A stretch of 64,000 nucleotides of DNA from an uncultured Eubacterium sp. (GTDB taxonomy: Bacteria; Bacillota; Clostridia; Lachnospirales; Lachnospiraceae). Every line of letters starts with the position of its first letter. Position 1 is the first letter of the stretch. The stretch spans positions 11,770-75,769 of the forward strand of contig CAUCXT010000004.1 in NCBI GenBank assembly GCA_958446835.1, read 5' to 3'. This document shows, one piece after another, positions 48,954 through 59,285 of this stretch. The notes beneath the pieces were generated by a model. The model searched no databases, had not been told where the DNA came from, and was given only the letters and a program-made list of their open reading frames with translations. Position numbers and translations under genes: made by a program.

Positions 48954-50114
48954 TTAGTGTCTTGTATATCTTCTAAGCATAGGCACCAATTCATTGAGCG
49001 CGTCAAGCGTTGCGTCAAGCTCCTCCTTGGTGTTCAGGGTGCACAGGCTGAAGCGGATGGTTGAGTCTAAGAGGTTATTCTTAACTCCGATTGCCTTTAA
49101 TGTACCTGAGAGTGCCGGCTTGTTGGATGAGCAGGCTGAGCCCGATGACACGTATATTCCCTTGTCCTCAAGGGCATGTAAGAGAACCTCACTTCTCACA
49201 TCCTCAAAGCTTATGCTTATGACATGTGGGGTGCCCTCATGTCCTCTTTTTCCGTTGAAGGTTGTTCCCGGAATTTCAAGCACCTTTTCCACAAAATACT
49301 CTTTAAGCTCATAGAGCTTTTCTATCTTTTCATCGAAGTTCTCATAGCACATCTTAGCTGCAAGAGCCATTCCTGCTATTCCCGGCACGTTCTCAGTGCC
49401 TGAGCGCATGCCTTTTTGCTGACCGCCACCGAATATTATAGGATTTATCTTTGTCTTGTCCTTGATGTACAAAAAGCCCACTCCCTTAGGTCCGTGAAGC
49501 TTATGTGAGCTCACCGACATAAGATCTATATTCTCCTTCTTAGGTATAATGCGGTACTTTCCAAACGCCTGAACCGCATCCGTGTGGAATATAATCTCCG
49601 GGTTATAATCTTTTACAATCTGTGCCGCCTCCGCTATAGGCTCAACCGCGCTCACCTCATTGTTGGCGTACATGATTGACACAATAATTGTCTCAGGGCA
49701 CAGAGCCTCCTTAAGCGCTTCAAGCTTCACACAGCCTGTAGAATCAACCGGAAGGTATGTTACCTCAAAGCCATTCTTTTCCAAAAACACGGTTGTCTCT
49801 AAGATAGCCGGGTGCTCAATCATCGTTGTGATTATATGGTTGCCACGTCTTTTATTAGCCATGGCGCAGCCTATCAGTGCTGTGTTGTCCGATTCTGTTC
49901 CACCGGATGTAAAAAGTATTTCCTTTTTATCACATTTTAGTATTGAAGCAAGAGTTTCCTTCGCCTGCGTTACATAGTGCTCCGCCTCAACGCCCTTGTT
50001 GTGCTTGGAGGACGGATTGCCATAATCATTAAGCATTATCCTGCTCATCAGCTCCACAACCTCCGGGTAAACCGCTGTTGTCGCCGAATTATCCAAATAT
50101 ATTTCCGATTTCAT
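48954..50114 (-). CDS. Cysteine desulfurase (NifS/IscS family; partner of ThiI)
   Basis: Class V aminotransferase. PLP-Lys SSHKLHGPKG. Active-site Cys loop SSGSACSS. 386 aa. Confidence 0.85.
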   Translation of the reverse strand: MKSEIYLDNSATTAVYPEVVELMSRIMLNDYGNPSSKHNKGVEAEHYVTQAKETLASILKCDKKEILFTSGGTESDNTALIGCAMANKRRGNHIITTMIEHPAILETTVFLEKNGFEVTYLPVDSTGCVKLEALKEALCPETIIVSIMYANNEVSAVEPIAEAAQIVKDYNPEIIFHTDAVQAFGKYRIIPKKENIDLMSVSSHKLHGPKGVGFLYIKDKTKINPIIFGGGQQKGMRSGTENVPGIAGMALAAKMCYENFDEKIEKLYELKEYFVEKVLEIPGTTFNGKRGHEGTPHVISISFEDVRSEVLLHALEDKGIYVSSGSACSSNKPALSGTLKAIGVKNNLLDSTIRFSLCTLNTKEELDATLDALNELVPMLRRYTRH

Positions 50115-50171
50115 ATTTTATCCCGATTCTGCTGCCTTACCGCAGCATATTTTTAAGCGTGTTCTTAAACG

Positions 50172-50927
50172 CTAGTTCTCCAATGCGTATGCAAGCATGG
50201 ACAGGAACGAAAGACCTGCTGTCTCAGTTCTGAGTATACGTTTTCCAAGCGTTATTGTATGCATGCCAAGCTTTCTTGCCGCCTCTATCTCATCGTCCTC
50301 AAAACCGCCCTCAGGTCCGATGAATACAGCCACACGGTTTCCCGGTGCAATTGAACCGACAAGTCTTCTCGTCTCAGCCATTCCGTTCTCATTCTCATAC
50401 GGAACAAAACAGATGTCGCACTCAGACGCCTCCTTGACTGCAAGTGCATAGCTCATCACAGGTCTGACCTCCGGTATAAGTGAACGCTTGCTCTGCTTTG
50501 CCGCGCTCTCGCTTATCGCATTCCATCTCGGAAGCTTAGCCGCAGCCTTCTTGTCATCAAGCTTTACAACAGAGCGCTTCATCGCAACAGGCACGATCTG
50601 TGACACCCCAAGTTCAACAGCCTTCTGGATAATCAGTTCGAGCTTATCGCTTTTAGGCAGTCCCTGATATAGTATTACCTGGCATGGAAGCTCCGTATCC
50701 GGCACATCCCTGTCAAGAATATCGAACACAACCTCACTGTCCGCATATTCGTCAAGTTCGCACATAAAGTTGCGCACTGCGTCACTCATCCGCGTGTTGC
50801 GCACGCTTATCATAACCTCGTCACCGTTTTTTAAACGTATCACATTCCTGATATGATTGAAGTCTGACCCGTCAACGTATATTTTATTGTCATTTATCTG
50901 GCTCTCTTCAACAAAAAAATGATACAT
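50172..50927 (-). CDS. rsmE: 16S rRNA (uracil1498-N3)-methyltransferase RsmE
   Basis: 251 aa. PUA-like N-domain. SPOUT C-domain (VAVFIGPEGGFEDDEI). Confidence 0.8.
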   Translation of the reverse strand: MYHFFVEESQINDNKIYVDGSDFNHIRNVIRLKNGDEVMISVRNTRMSDAVRNFMCELDEYADSEVVFDILDRDVPDTELPCQVILYQGLPKSDKLELIIQKAVELGVSQIVPVAMKRSVVKLDDKKAAAKLPRWNAISESAAKQSKRSLIPEVRPVMSYALAVKEASECDICFVPYENENGMAETRRLVGSIAPGNRVAVFIGPEGGFEDDEIEAARKLGMHTITLGKRILRTETAGLSFLSMLAYALEN

Positions 50928-50929
50928 TT

Positions 50930-51886
50930 TTATCTCCTGACAGCCGTAATTGAAACCCAGTCTCCCTGATGTGAGACATCGACAATCTCAAACTCAGGGT
51001 TCTCCATAATTGTCTTTTTTACAGCCTCTTCCTTCATATCAATGATACCCGATGTGATAAATACACCACCATGCTTGATATGCTGTGCAATCTCCTTTGA
51101 CAACGGCATAATAACATCTGCCAGAATGTTGGCTGTGACAACATCATATTTCTCATAGCCGACTTCATCCTGAACAGCCTTGTCATCTATTATGTTTCCC
51201 TGTATAACCTTGAAGATATCCGGTGAAAAACCGTTAGCCTCCATATTCTCAGCGCTCGCAGTTATGGCATTCTCATCAAGGTCGGTTCCTATAATGCTTC
51301 TCGCACCAAGCATCTTGGCTATGACGGCAAGAATACCGCTTCCTGTCCCGACATCAAGCAAGTCCGTCTCCGGTGTCACATACTTTTCGAGCTGCTTTAT
51401 GACAAGCTGTGTTGTCTCATGCATACCTGTTCCGAATGCGGTACCCGGGTCAATATTTACAACCATTCTCCCCTGCATGTCCTCAGGTACAGTCTCCCAT
51501 GTCGGCTTAATAACAATGTCCTTTACCATAAACGGCTTAAAGTACTCTTTCCAGTTGTTGACCCAGTCCTTGTCCTCCGTCTCAGACTCCTCTATCGTGC
51601 ATGCTCCGACATCGACAAAGTCCTTTAGCTCCTCAAGGCCATTTCTCACATTGTCAAGCAGCTCATCCGTGACGTCATCCTCATCAATATAAAAGCTCAC
51701 ATAGCCGATTCCCTCATCAGGAGGAAGCTCAGGAAGAATATCTATGAACATAGCCTTCGTGTCCTTATCGGAAAGCTGTACATTGTCCTCAACCTGAACA
51801 CCATCTATTCCAAGCTCGATAAGCATACCGCTGACTAAATCTTCAGCGGCAGTTGTCGTAGTTATTCTGAATTTTTTCCATTTCAT
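50930..51886 (-). CDS. prmA: Ribosomal protein L11 methyltransferase PrmA
   Basis: 318 aa. SAM motif LDVGTGSGILAV. PrmA N-terminal domain (MKWKKFRITTT...). Confidence 0.85.
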   Translation of the reverse strand: MKWKKFRITTTTAAEDLVSGMLIELGIDGVQVEDNVQLSDKDTKAMFIDILPELPPDEGIGYVSFYIDEDDVTDELLDNVRNGLEELKDFVDVGACTIEESETEDKDWVNNWKEYFKPFMVKDIVIKPTWETVPEDMQGRMVVNIDPGTAFGTGMHETTQLVIKQLEKYVTPETDLLDVGTGSGILAVIAKMLGARSIIGTDLDENAITASAENMEANGFSPDIFKVIQGNIIDDKAVQDEVGYEKYDVVTANILADVIMPLSKEIAQHIKHGGVFITSGIIDMKEEAVKKTIMENPEFEIVDVSHQGDWVSITAVRR

Positions 51887-51926
51887 AATCAGTTCTCCAA
51901 AACTTTAGTTACAATATAAGCCACAA

Positions 51927-53324
51927 TTATCCGATAAGAAACGCCTTGTATCCAAGCATTGTCTCATATACATCCGCTTTACTTACAATCTCCCATGGTG
52001 CATGCATTGAGAGAACAGGGATACCTGAATCAACAACCTCCATGCCGTACTGTGCAAGGATATATGCGATTGTTCCGCCACCGCCTACATCAACCTTGCC
52101 AAGCTCTGCTGACTGGTAATTTACCTCATGCTTCCCAAGTGTGCTTCTAAGCTCGCCTAAGAATTCTGCATTACAGTCATTGCTTCCTGACTTTCCTCTT
52201 GAACCTGTAAACTTATTAAATACCATACCTCTTCCAAGGAATGCCGCATTCTTCTTCTCGAAAGCTGCTGCATAGAGCGGGTCGAATGCAGCGCTTACAT
52301 CGGATGAGAGCATCTTGGAGTTGGTGAGTGCTCTTCTTAACTTAATCTCAGAGTAATCTCCGAGACAATTGAGTACTTCTGCAACCATATTCTCAAAGAA
52401 CTTTGAGTGCATGCCTGTTGCGCCGACACTTCCTATCTCCTCCTTGTCAACCAAGAGGCATACGCTTGTCTTGTCTACATCCTTTACGTCAAGCATAGCT
52501 ATAAGTGATGTGTATGCACATACTCTGTCATCATGACCGTAGCCCATAATCATGCTTCTGTCCATGCCATAGTCTCTTGCCGGACCTGCCGGAACTATCT
52601 CAAGCTCTGCGCTGAAGAAATCCTCCTCATCAATGCCATACTTCTCCTTGAAAATACGAAGCATTGCTGCCTTAACGCTCTCCTTTGCTTCCTTATCATC
52701 CTGCTTGCCATCTTCCTTCTCAGGTATGCTTCCGATAAGAATATCAAGATTCTCTCCTTCTACAACCTTAGCGCCCTTCTTCTCCATCTGCTCAGCAGCA
52801 AGGTGAATAAGAAGATCTGTCACTCCAAGTACAGGATCGTTTATATCCTCTCCGATAACCACATTGACTGTTCTGCCGTCCTTAAGCGCAACAACACCGT
52901 GCATTGCGAGTGGAAGTGCAACCCACTGATACTTCTTAATTCCACCATAATAATGTGTATCAAGAAGAGCCATATCCGAATCCTCATATAACGGATTCTG
53001 CTTTACATCTATTCTCGGGGAATCAATATGTGCTCCGAGAATCTTCATACCATTCTCAAGAGGCTCCTTGCCGATATTAAAGAGAGCAAGTGTCTTTCCC
53101 ATATGGCATGCATATACCTTATCACCTGTCTTTAACTTACCGTTCTCAGCAATAACCTTCTTTAAGTCTCTGTAGCCTGCGTTTTCAGCAATCTTAATTG
53201 CCTCTGCTGCGCACTCTCTTTCAGTCTTGCAATCTGAAATGTACTTCTTGTAGTCCTCACAAAATTTAAAAATCATTTCCTTTTTGGCTGCATCTGAAAC
53301 AGTCCATACATTCTTTCTTTCCAT
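51927..53324 (-). CDS. M18-family aminopeptidase
   Basis: ORF 51927..53438 trimmed to ATG 53324 (MERKNVWTVSDAAKK), which removes the overlap with scpB. M18 motifs GAHIDSPRID and YGHDDRVCAY. 465 aa. Confidence 0.8.
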   Translation of the reverse strand: MERKNVWTVSDAAKKEMIFKFCEDYKKYISDCKTERECAAEAIKIAENAGYRDLKKVIAENGKLKTGDKVYACHMGKTLALFNIGKEPLENGMKILGAHIDSPRIDVKQNPLYEDSDMALLDTHYYGGIKKYQWVALPLAMHGVVALKDGRTVNVVIGEDINDPVLGVTDLLIHLAAEQMEKKGAKVVEGENLDILIGSIPEKEDGKQDDKEAKESVKAAMLRIFKEKYGIDEEDFFSAELEIVPAGPARDYGMDRSMIMGYGHDDRVCAYTSLIAMLDVKDVDKTSVCLLVDKEEIGSVGATGMHSKFFENMVAEVLNCLGDYSEIKLRRALTNSKMLSSDVSAAFDPLYAAAFEKKNAAFLGRGMVFNKFTGSRGKSGSNDCNAEFLGELRSTLGKHEVNYQSAELGKVDVGGGGTIAYILAQYGMEVVDSGIPVLSMHAPWEIVSKADVYETMLGYKAFLIG

Positions 53325-53427
53325 TTTTACATGTACTCCTTTATTATAAAATATAAAATAATATATTTGATACTCTAATACAGTTGTTTCTGTTAAAAAT
53401 ATCTTTACCACAACCTTATTGCAGCTA

Positions 53428-54060
53428 TCAGATTCCAAGATTGATTACGTCATCATCTATTCCTGAATCTGCTTCGTTCCCGCCTGAGGCTTCCTGTTTC
53501 TGTGCTCCCTCAGTCTCACTCTCAGCTTCCTTTCTGAAATCCTCAACCTTATCCGGACTGATAACAGGAAGTTCATCCACATTTCTTACACCAAAGCTTC
53601 GAAGAAAGCTTTCCGTTGTTCCAAACAAAATAGGTCTTCCGGGAGCATCTAATCTTCCGACTTCATCTACAAGACCATACTCCACAAGCTTATTGACCGC
53701 GTGATCACAGCTTACGCCTCGTATGCCCTCTATCTCCTGCTTCGTGATAGGCTGCTTATATGCTATAATTGACAGTGTTTCCAAAAGAACATCCGTAAGT
53801 ACCTGTTTCTTAGGCTGCGCTGCAACCTTAATAAGATATTCATACGTCTCCGGCTTCGTGCACAGTTGAAAACTATCACCTAATTCTATGATTTTAATTC
53901 CTCTGTCTTCCGCCTCATATCTGTCCATAAGATTGTGTATCAACTTTACCGTTGTAGGCACATCCTGTTCAATAGCTGCTGCCAGCTTCGATGTCTCCAC
54001 CGATTCTCCCATGGTAAAGAGCACCGCTTCAATAACTGCATACATCTTCTCTATACTCAT
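53428..54060 (-). CDS. scpB: Segregation and condensation protein B
   Basis: Winged-helix pairs (AVIEAVLFTMGESV...PITKQEIEGIRGVS...). Acidic C-tail. 210 aa. Confidence 0.85.
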   Translation of the reverse strand: MSIEKMYAVIEAVLFTMGESVETSKLAAAIEQDVPTTVKLIHNLMDRYEAEDRGIKIIELGDSFQLCTKPETYEYLIKVAAQPKKQVLTDVLLETLSIIAYKQPITKQEIEGIRGVSCDHAVNKLVEYGLVDEVGRLDAPGRPILFGTTESFLRSFGVRNVDELPVISPDKVEDFRKEAESETEGAQKQEASGGNEADSGIDDDVINLGI

Positions 54061-54848
54061 GACTGTGCGTTATCCTCCCCGGCAAACATAGTTTCATCAA
54101 ATTCCGTACTCCTGACCGTTATCACAATATCGTCTTCACGGCTATCCTGCTCTACAGTGATATTTCCCATCTTGATAAGCTCAAGCACAGCAAGAAATGT
54201 CACAATCACCTGAACCTTGCTCGAAGCCGATGAAAGAAGCTCCCTGAACGAAAAATGCTCATGCTCCATGATAAAATCACGCACATACGACATCTTCTCG
54301 TCAAGACTTACTTCCTCCTTCTCGATTCTTCCGAACTTACTCCTTATCGGGTCAAGCTTATTTTCCTGACGCTTCATTATATCATCGAATATCACCCTCA
54401 GCTTTGCAAGGTTCATATCCCCCACAAGCTCCTCAAGGTTGACCGGCTGTCTATAAGCTGCCACCTCATCAGGAATGGTAGGCATTTTAAACAATGACTT
54501 ATCGGCATCCATATACATATCTTTGAGCTCATAGGACATATACTTATACATCTTATATTCCAGCAATTTTTCAACAAGTTCCGCTCTTGGGTCTTCCTCC
54601 TCGCCTTCCTCATTGACTTCCTTTGGAAGAAGCATCTTAGACTTAATATCAAGTAGTGTAGCTGCCATAACAAGAAATTCACTGACAACATTCAGGTCTT
54701 TCTTTTCCATTCTGTTGACATATTCCATATACTGCTCCGTGATAAGCACGATAGGTATATCATAAATATTAACTTTATTTTTATCAATAAGATGCAGCAA
54801 AAGGTCAAGCGGACCTTCAAACACCTCAAGTTTCACTGGAATTGCCAT
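54057..54848 (-). CDS. scpA: Segregation and condensation protein A
   Basis: MAIPVKLEVFEGPLDLLLHLI (classic ScpA N-terminus). 263 aa. Overlaps scpB by 4 nt. Confidence 0.85.
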   Translation of the reverse strand: MAIPVKLEVFEGPLDLLLHLIDKNKVNIYDIPIVLITEQYMEYVNRMEKKDLNVVSEFLVMAATLLDIKSKMLLPKEVNEEGEEEDPRAELVEKLLEYKMYKYMSYELKDMYMDADKSLFKMPTIPDEVAAYRQPVNLEELVGDMNLAKLRVIFDDIMKRQENKLDPIRSKFGRIEKEEVSLDEKMSYVRDFIMEHEHFSFRELLSSASSKVQVIVTFLAVLELIKMGNITVEQDSREDDIVITVRSTEFDETMFAGEDNAQS

Positions 54849-54926
54849 CTATTCTCTACCTCTTGTCAAGCACTCCGGGCAACATATACTCTGTGCCTAT
54901 ATTGACACAGCAACCCACATTAAATA

Positions 54927-54955
54927 ATCATACCGCAAAAAACGAACTATGACAA
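54927..54955 (-). promoter_or_regulatory. Putative sigmaA promoter for scpA-scpB
   Basis: Minus strand: -35 TTGTCA, 17-nt spacer, -10 TATGAT, about 70 nt upstream of the scpA ATG. Confidence 0.4.
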
Positions 54956-54986
54956 GTGGCAAATTAAAATCTTAAAAACTATCACT

Positions 54987-55784
54987 TCATCTGCGATGAA
55001 GCACAGCCGTCACAAGCTCCGGCGGATTATTTATGCGGACATTGATTGTGTGCGTCCCAAGCCCTCTGCCAAGCAGCATGGTACTGTTCTTCTCATGGTA
55101 CTCCCCTCCATCATAGTGTGGAAACATAGTGTAATCCGGATTGAGAACTCCGCCCACAAAAGGAAGCCTTATTATACCTCCGTGGACATGCCCTGAGAAT
55201 ACAAGGTCTGCTCCCCATGCAGCATATTGTTTAAAAAACATCGGATTATGCGCTATCAGTATTCCATAGCCATCAAGAGACATTCCAATAAGCCCTGATA
55301 TATAATCCTCCTTCATCGATGGTCTGTTCCTTATAAGAAAGAACTCCTTGCCTATCTCAAGCCCATATATGTGTATAAGCTCTCCGTTTTTCTTATAATC
55401 CACATGTCCGTTATTTAAAATCTTAACACCCGCTTTTTTAAGTGCCAGCATGAGATTATTGTATCTGTCACCATACTTTTCGGTATATACCTTGACTTTC
55501 GTCTCATGGTTTCCATTCGCAAAAAATACAGGATATCTGTCCGCTAATCTCTTTAAAAGTCCGACAACTTCATCCGAGCCATCCGAATGTTTTCGTGTGA
55601 GCAGATCACCCGCCACAATCACAATCTCCGGCTCCTGCTCAACAATCATTCCATATAACTTCTCAAGTGAAATTCCATACACATTATCGTGAAGGTCACT
55701 TAACATGGCTATCTTTATCCCGTCAAAGCTGCGCGGCAATTTTTCGGAATAAACATCATAGATTGAATTTACTATTTTTTTCAT
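54987..55784 (-). CDS. Metallophosphoesterase (calcineurin-like)
   Basis: Motifs MLSDLHD, VAGDLL, GNHE, SGHVHGG. 265 aa. Confidence 0.7.
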   Translation of the reverse strand: MKKIVNSIYDVYSEKLPRSFDGIKIAMLSDLHDNVYGISLEKLYGMIVEQEPEIVIVAGDLLTRKHSDGSDEVVGLLKRLADRYPVFFANGNHETKVKVYTEKYGDRYNNLMLALKKAGVKILNNGHVDYKKNGELIHIYGLEIGKEFFLIRNRPSMKEDYISGLIGMSLDGYGILIAHNPMFFKQYAAWGADLVFSGHVHGGIIRLPFVGGVLNPDYTMFPHYDGGEYHEKNSTMLLGRGLGTHTINVRINNPPELVTAVLHRR

Positions 55785-55899
55785 GTAATGTCCGCTTTCC
55801 TGTTTTCAATATTTATATTAAACACACTTTTTGATTGTCATTTTGTCCCAATTCGCATATACTGTATTTATAATGTCTTTTGGAAAAGGAACAAATCTT

Positions 55900-56715
55900 A
55901 TGATGAAACTCGTTTTAATGATAGCAGAAATTGTGGCAAAAGTGAAGAAGGACAAGGTAAATATGTACTCTGCGCAGTCATCATTTTTTATCATTGTGAG
56001 CTTTTTCCCTTTTATAATGCTGCTTTTGTGTATACTCAACTACACCAACATTACAGAAAGCTATCTGCTGACATTCGTGTATGAACTTTTACCTGCAAAG
56101 ACGCAGCCGCTTATCATTTCAATAATCAATGAAATATACCACAGTTCTTCTTTTACACTTCTGTCCGTGACAGCAGTGTCGGCAATATGGGCTGCCGGAA
56201 AGGGGTTCGTGTCAATCATACAGGGATTAAATGACGTATACGATACAGGCGGTGAATCCCGCAACTATTTTATTCTCCGCATACATGCAATGCTATATAC
56301 GATTGCACTTATTGTTGTCATTATTTTTTCACTGGTTCTTATGGTATTCGGAAACCGCATTTTAGAACTGATAAATCTGCATTGGCCGCTGGTCGGCTCC
56401 GCTATCCAGTTTGCACTCAGGTTCAAATTTATCATTTTTATCGGTGTGCTTACATTATTTTCTCTGGTACTCTACATTGTAGTGCCTAACCGCAAGTCAA
56501 GAATCAAATACGAATTACCGGGTGCCATTTTCACTGCACTGGGATGGAGCATCTTTTCGTATGTATTCTCCATATATGTAGATATGTCTACCGGATTTGC
56601 AATTACATACGGAAGTCTTGCAACGCTTGTATTCATAATGCTGTGGCTGTACGCATGCATGAATGTGCTCTTCATAGGCGCTGAGATAAACGCACATTTT
56701 CAGGGAATCCGGTGA
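55900..56715 (+). CDS. YihY/BrkB-family membrane protein
   Basis: ORF 55831..56715. Start chosen at ATGATG 55900 (AAAGGAAC RBS 7 nt upstream); 55873 is an alternative. 6 TM helices. YihY core (NDVYDTGGESRNYF...). Confidence 0.7.
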   Translation: MMKLVLMIAEIVAKVKKDKVNMYSAQSSFFIIVSFFPFIMLLLCILNYTNITESYLLTFVYELLPAKTQPLIISIINEIYHSSSFTLLSVTAVSAIWAAGKGFVSIIQGLNDVYDTGGESRNYFILRIHAMLYTIALIVVIIFSLVLMVFGNRILELINLHWPLVGSAIQFALRFKFIIFIGVLTLFSLVLYIVVPNRKSRIKYELPGAIFTALGWSIFSYVFSIYVDMSTGFAITYGSLATLVFIMLWLYACMNVLFIGAEINAHFQGIR

Positions 56716-56742
56716 TTGATTGTCAACCCGGGCTGCGATAGC

Positions 56743-56791
56743 ACCGGGCGAATATGCAATTTTACATATAAGGTTGCACATTCGCCCGGTT
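56743..56791. repeat. Long imperfect inverted repeat between the convergent yihY and spoIID-like genes
   Basis: ACCGGGCGAATATGCAA / TTGCACATTCGCCCGGT. 17-bp stem with one mismatch, 13-nt loop. No U tract on either strand. Confidence 0.5.
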
Positions 56792-56820
56792 AAAGCATAC
56801 ACTGCTGCAATGTCTGATTA

Positions 56821-59214
56821 TCAATATATATTCACAATATCTATATTGTTGTAGAAAAACTCCAGTATGTCATCATATCTCATTCCCCTTTTTACCATAG
56901 CCGATACTGCATTCTGGCTCATTCCTATTCCATGTCCGTATCCGCCCCCTGCTATGCGGTATCCTGTCACATTTCCCTCATCATAAAGCTCCTCGATATA
57001 TATATATGAACTTGGAAGAAAATCAAAGCTCGTTTCTGTCTGAGTATGTGTCATAATTTTATTTTCTCCCGGCCCTAACACATATCTTATATTCAATTCT
57101 CCTCGCACCATTGCATCGCCGTCCGTTCCGTGAATTATAATACTGCGCACCGCGCCCGAGGATATTCTCTGCTCTATCTCAATTGATACAAGTCTGCCGA
57201 TATAAGGATTTTCAGATGATATATATTCTCCATCCATATTTTTCATAAGTATATTTCCGGGTTCCGATAAATACCTCACCTTCAGGTACTCATTGATTCT
57301 GCTCTCAAGGTACTCTCTGTCGAGTTCAACACTCCATCTGTAAAACGGAAATTCGTAGTCGTAATCTTCTTCATTTTCGGAACATATAAAGCTTTTAAAG
57401 CGCTCATCATCCGACAAATCAATGTTCTCCCCGGATGGATTTACTGTTTTCTCCTCATATATTCCTCCCTTTTCTCCTCCCCACAATGATAAATCAGACA
57501 TATATCCACAGGATGTCGAGTAATAATACGCTGCAACAACACCGTCATCGCTTCTCATAACCTGACCGTAGGTTTCCTTGACAGCCTGTGTCGAATCGGG
57601 CTGTTCCTTGATATTGTTGTACACCTGATACCCCACGCTGTCATCCACATGTGCTCCATACGCCCTGTATGAGTTATTCATTATATGCCTGTAGGCATAG
57701 CTTCTTGCACACACCGCCTGAACCTTAAGCGCCTCCACACCGAAGCCGACAGGCATCTCGCTCGGAACAACATGGTAAAGATACTCTTCAAGTGGAAGTT
57801 CATTCACAATAACCAATCCACCGTCCTCCGCAGCTATCTCCAATATTCCGCTATAATACGGATTTCCATACGAGCGTTCAACACTCAGCACCGTTATAGT
57901 CGTATTAAGTCCGAGTGGTGCCACCTTCAACCTTCCATCAGACATATATTCGCTGTCCGGGTAAATATCTACCAGCTCTCCGCCGGCAATCTTTATAATC
58001 TCATCACCCTTTTGTATAGTAAATCCATTCTCGGATGTGAGCGTTACCCTGTCATGGAAAATCGAGCCAAAGCCTGTGTTCATTATAAGTACTCTTATAT
58101 TTTCTGCGTGAAGCTCCTTCTTTAACACTGCCGCACATATTCTGCCATCAGCTACGACAAAATCTGCAAGATCGTATCCAACCAATATATCGTTTATACT
58201 CTTTTCTTCAAGTATTCCATAATTTTTGTAGACACGGAAATTATCGGCTATCTCAACCTTACCGTAACCATCAAGTTCAACCGCTGTATTGCTCACCCTG
58301 AGCACCTTCCCGCTTATCGTGTCATTCTTAATCGTAAGCTGCCTGACTCTTCCCGACTCCATCCCGATATCCGCTATGGTATTCTGAAAAGTTTTATCAA
58401 GTCCTGATACGTCAAATTCCCTGTATACACCGGAAATATACGCTTCTATCTTTCTTCCCTGTGCACTGCACAGCCACACGTTATGATAAGTAACCGACTC
58501 GTCCACAACAGCGAGCACATAAACAATATTACTGCCTCTTGCATACACGCATATTTTTTTATCCGAATACGCATCCATATTCAACCCTTCAAAATTAAAA
58601 CACCCCTCCTCAGCAACGCAGCTCCACAGACCATACTGTCGAATCTGTGCTGAGGTCATATTAGCCGGCGTACCAACAATTGTAAGCTCACGTCTTACAA
58701 CTCCTCCCGCATTGCCATTAACCAGCACCATATAATCATATATCTTTTCAAACGACGTCTTCTTTACCCTCTTAGAAGCCTTATTTTTTTTCACGTCAAC
58801 CCCTGTATGCTCAACTATATCAGTTATATCCCAGTTTTTCTGTAAAAGATATTCCCTGAGTTCGCCATAAGTCAATGCAGAATATGCATATTCCGGCTGT
58901 ATGTACTCATCATTATCCCATGCTATTGCGGCTGTCTTTTCCAGTTCTTCCATATATTTAACATACCATTGGGAGCGGTTATCATCCTGTGATGGTGCCA
59001 TATCCGTGTCTAACAGCACCAACATCCTCGATGCCAATGCCCTGCTTATATAATTGTCCGTTTCCTTTAATTGAGCCCTTAAAGCAGCTATAAAACACCA
59101 TACCACAGCCACAGCAATCAAAAATAAAGCTATGACTTTCAGAGGATTGTGCGACCGAATACGCTCGACATAGCTCCTCTTATATCTGTGTTTTCTTCTA
59201 ACCTTATTCTCCAC
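56821..59214 (-). CDS. SpoIID/LytB-domain protein with a long N-terminal extension
   Basis: 797 aa. GTG start at 59214 with AGGGGGAG RBS 6 nt upstream. N-terminal TM anchor. C-terminal ~330 aa carry the SpoIID/LytB signature (VQAVCARSYA...GYRIAGGGYGHGIGMSQNAVSAMVKRG). The N-terminal ~450 aa have no motif recognisable to me. Confidence 0.75.
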   Translation of the reverse strand: MENKVRRKHRYKRSYVERIRSHNPLKVIALFLIAVAVVWCFIAALRAQLKETDNYISRALASRMLVLLDTDMAPSQDDNRSQWYVKYMEELEKTAAIAWDNDEYIQPEYAYSALTYGELREYLLQKNWDITDIVEHTGVDVKKNKASKRVKKTSFEKIYDYMVLVNGNAGGVVRRELTIVGTPANMTSAQIRQYGLWSCVAEEGCFNFEGLNMDAYSDKKICVYARGSNIVYVLAVVDESVTYHNVWLCSAQGRKIEAYISGVYREFDVSGLDKTFQNTIADIGMESGRVRQLTIKNDTISGKVLRVSNTAVELDGYGKVEIADNFRVYKNYGILEEKSINDILVGYDLADFVVADGRICAAVLKKELHAENIRVLIMNTGFGSIFHDRVTLTSENGFTIQKGDEIIKIAGGELVDIYPDSEYMSDGRLKVAPLGLNTTITVLSVERSYGNPYYSGILEIAAEDGGLVIVNELPLEEYLYHVVPSEMPVGFGVEALKVQAVCARSYAYRHIMNNSYRAYGAHVDDSVGYQVYNNIKEQPDSTQAVKETYGQVMRSDDGVVAAYYYSTSCGYMSDLSLWGGEKGGIYEEKTVNPSGENIDLSDDERFKSFICSENEEDYDYEFPFYRWSVELDREYLESRINEYLKVRYLSEPGNILMKNMDGEYISSENPYIGRLVSIEIEQRISSGAVRSIIIHGTDGDAMVRGELNIRYVLGPGENKIMTHTQTETSFDFLPSSYIYIEELYDEGNVTGYRIAGGGYGHGIGMSQNAVSAMVKRGMRYDDILEFFYNNIDIVNIY

Positions 59215-59285
59215 AACAAGCTCCCCCTGTCACTTCATTTCTTATGCAGGCATGACCAACTTCTGCATGCTCTATTGTATTACCG

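Noticed and set aside
53325-53438. 38-aa N-terminal extension of the M18 aminopeptidase ORF, overlapping scpB
   Set aside because: No RBS, and it would overlap the scpB 3' end by 11 nt. The internal ATG at 53324 gives a standard-length M18 enzyme.
55831-55899. Longer N-terminus for the YihY-family protein starting at 55831 or 55873
   Set aside because: ATG 55831 has no RBS. 55873 remains possible, but ATGATG at 55900 has the better-spaced purine-rich RBS. This is flagged as start ambiguity, not a separate feature.
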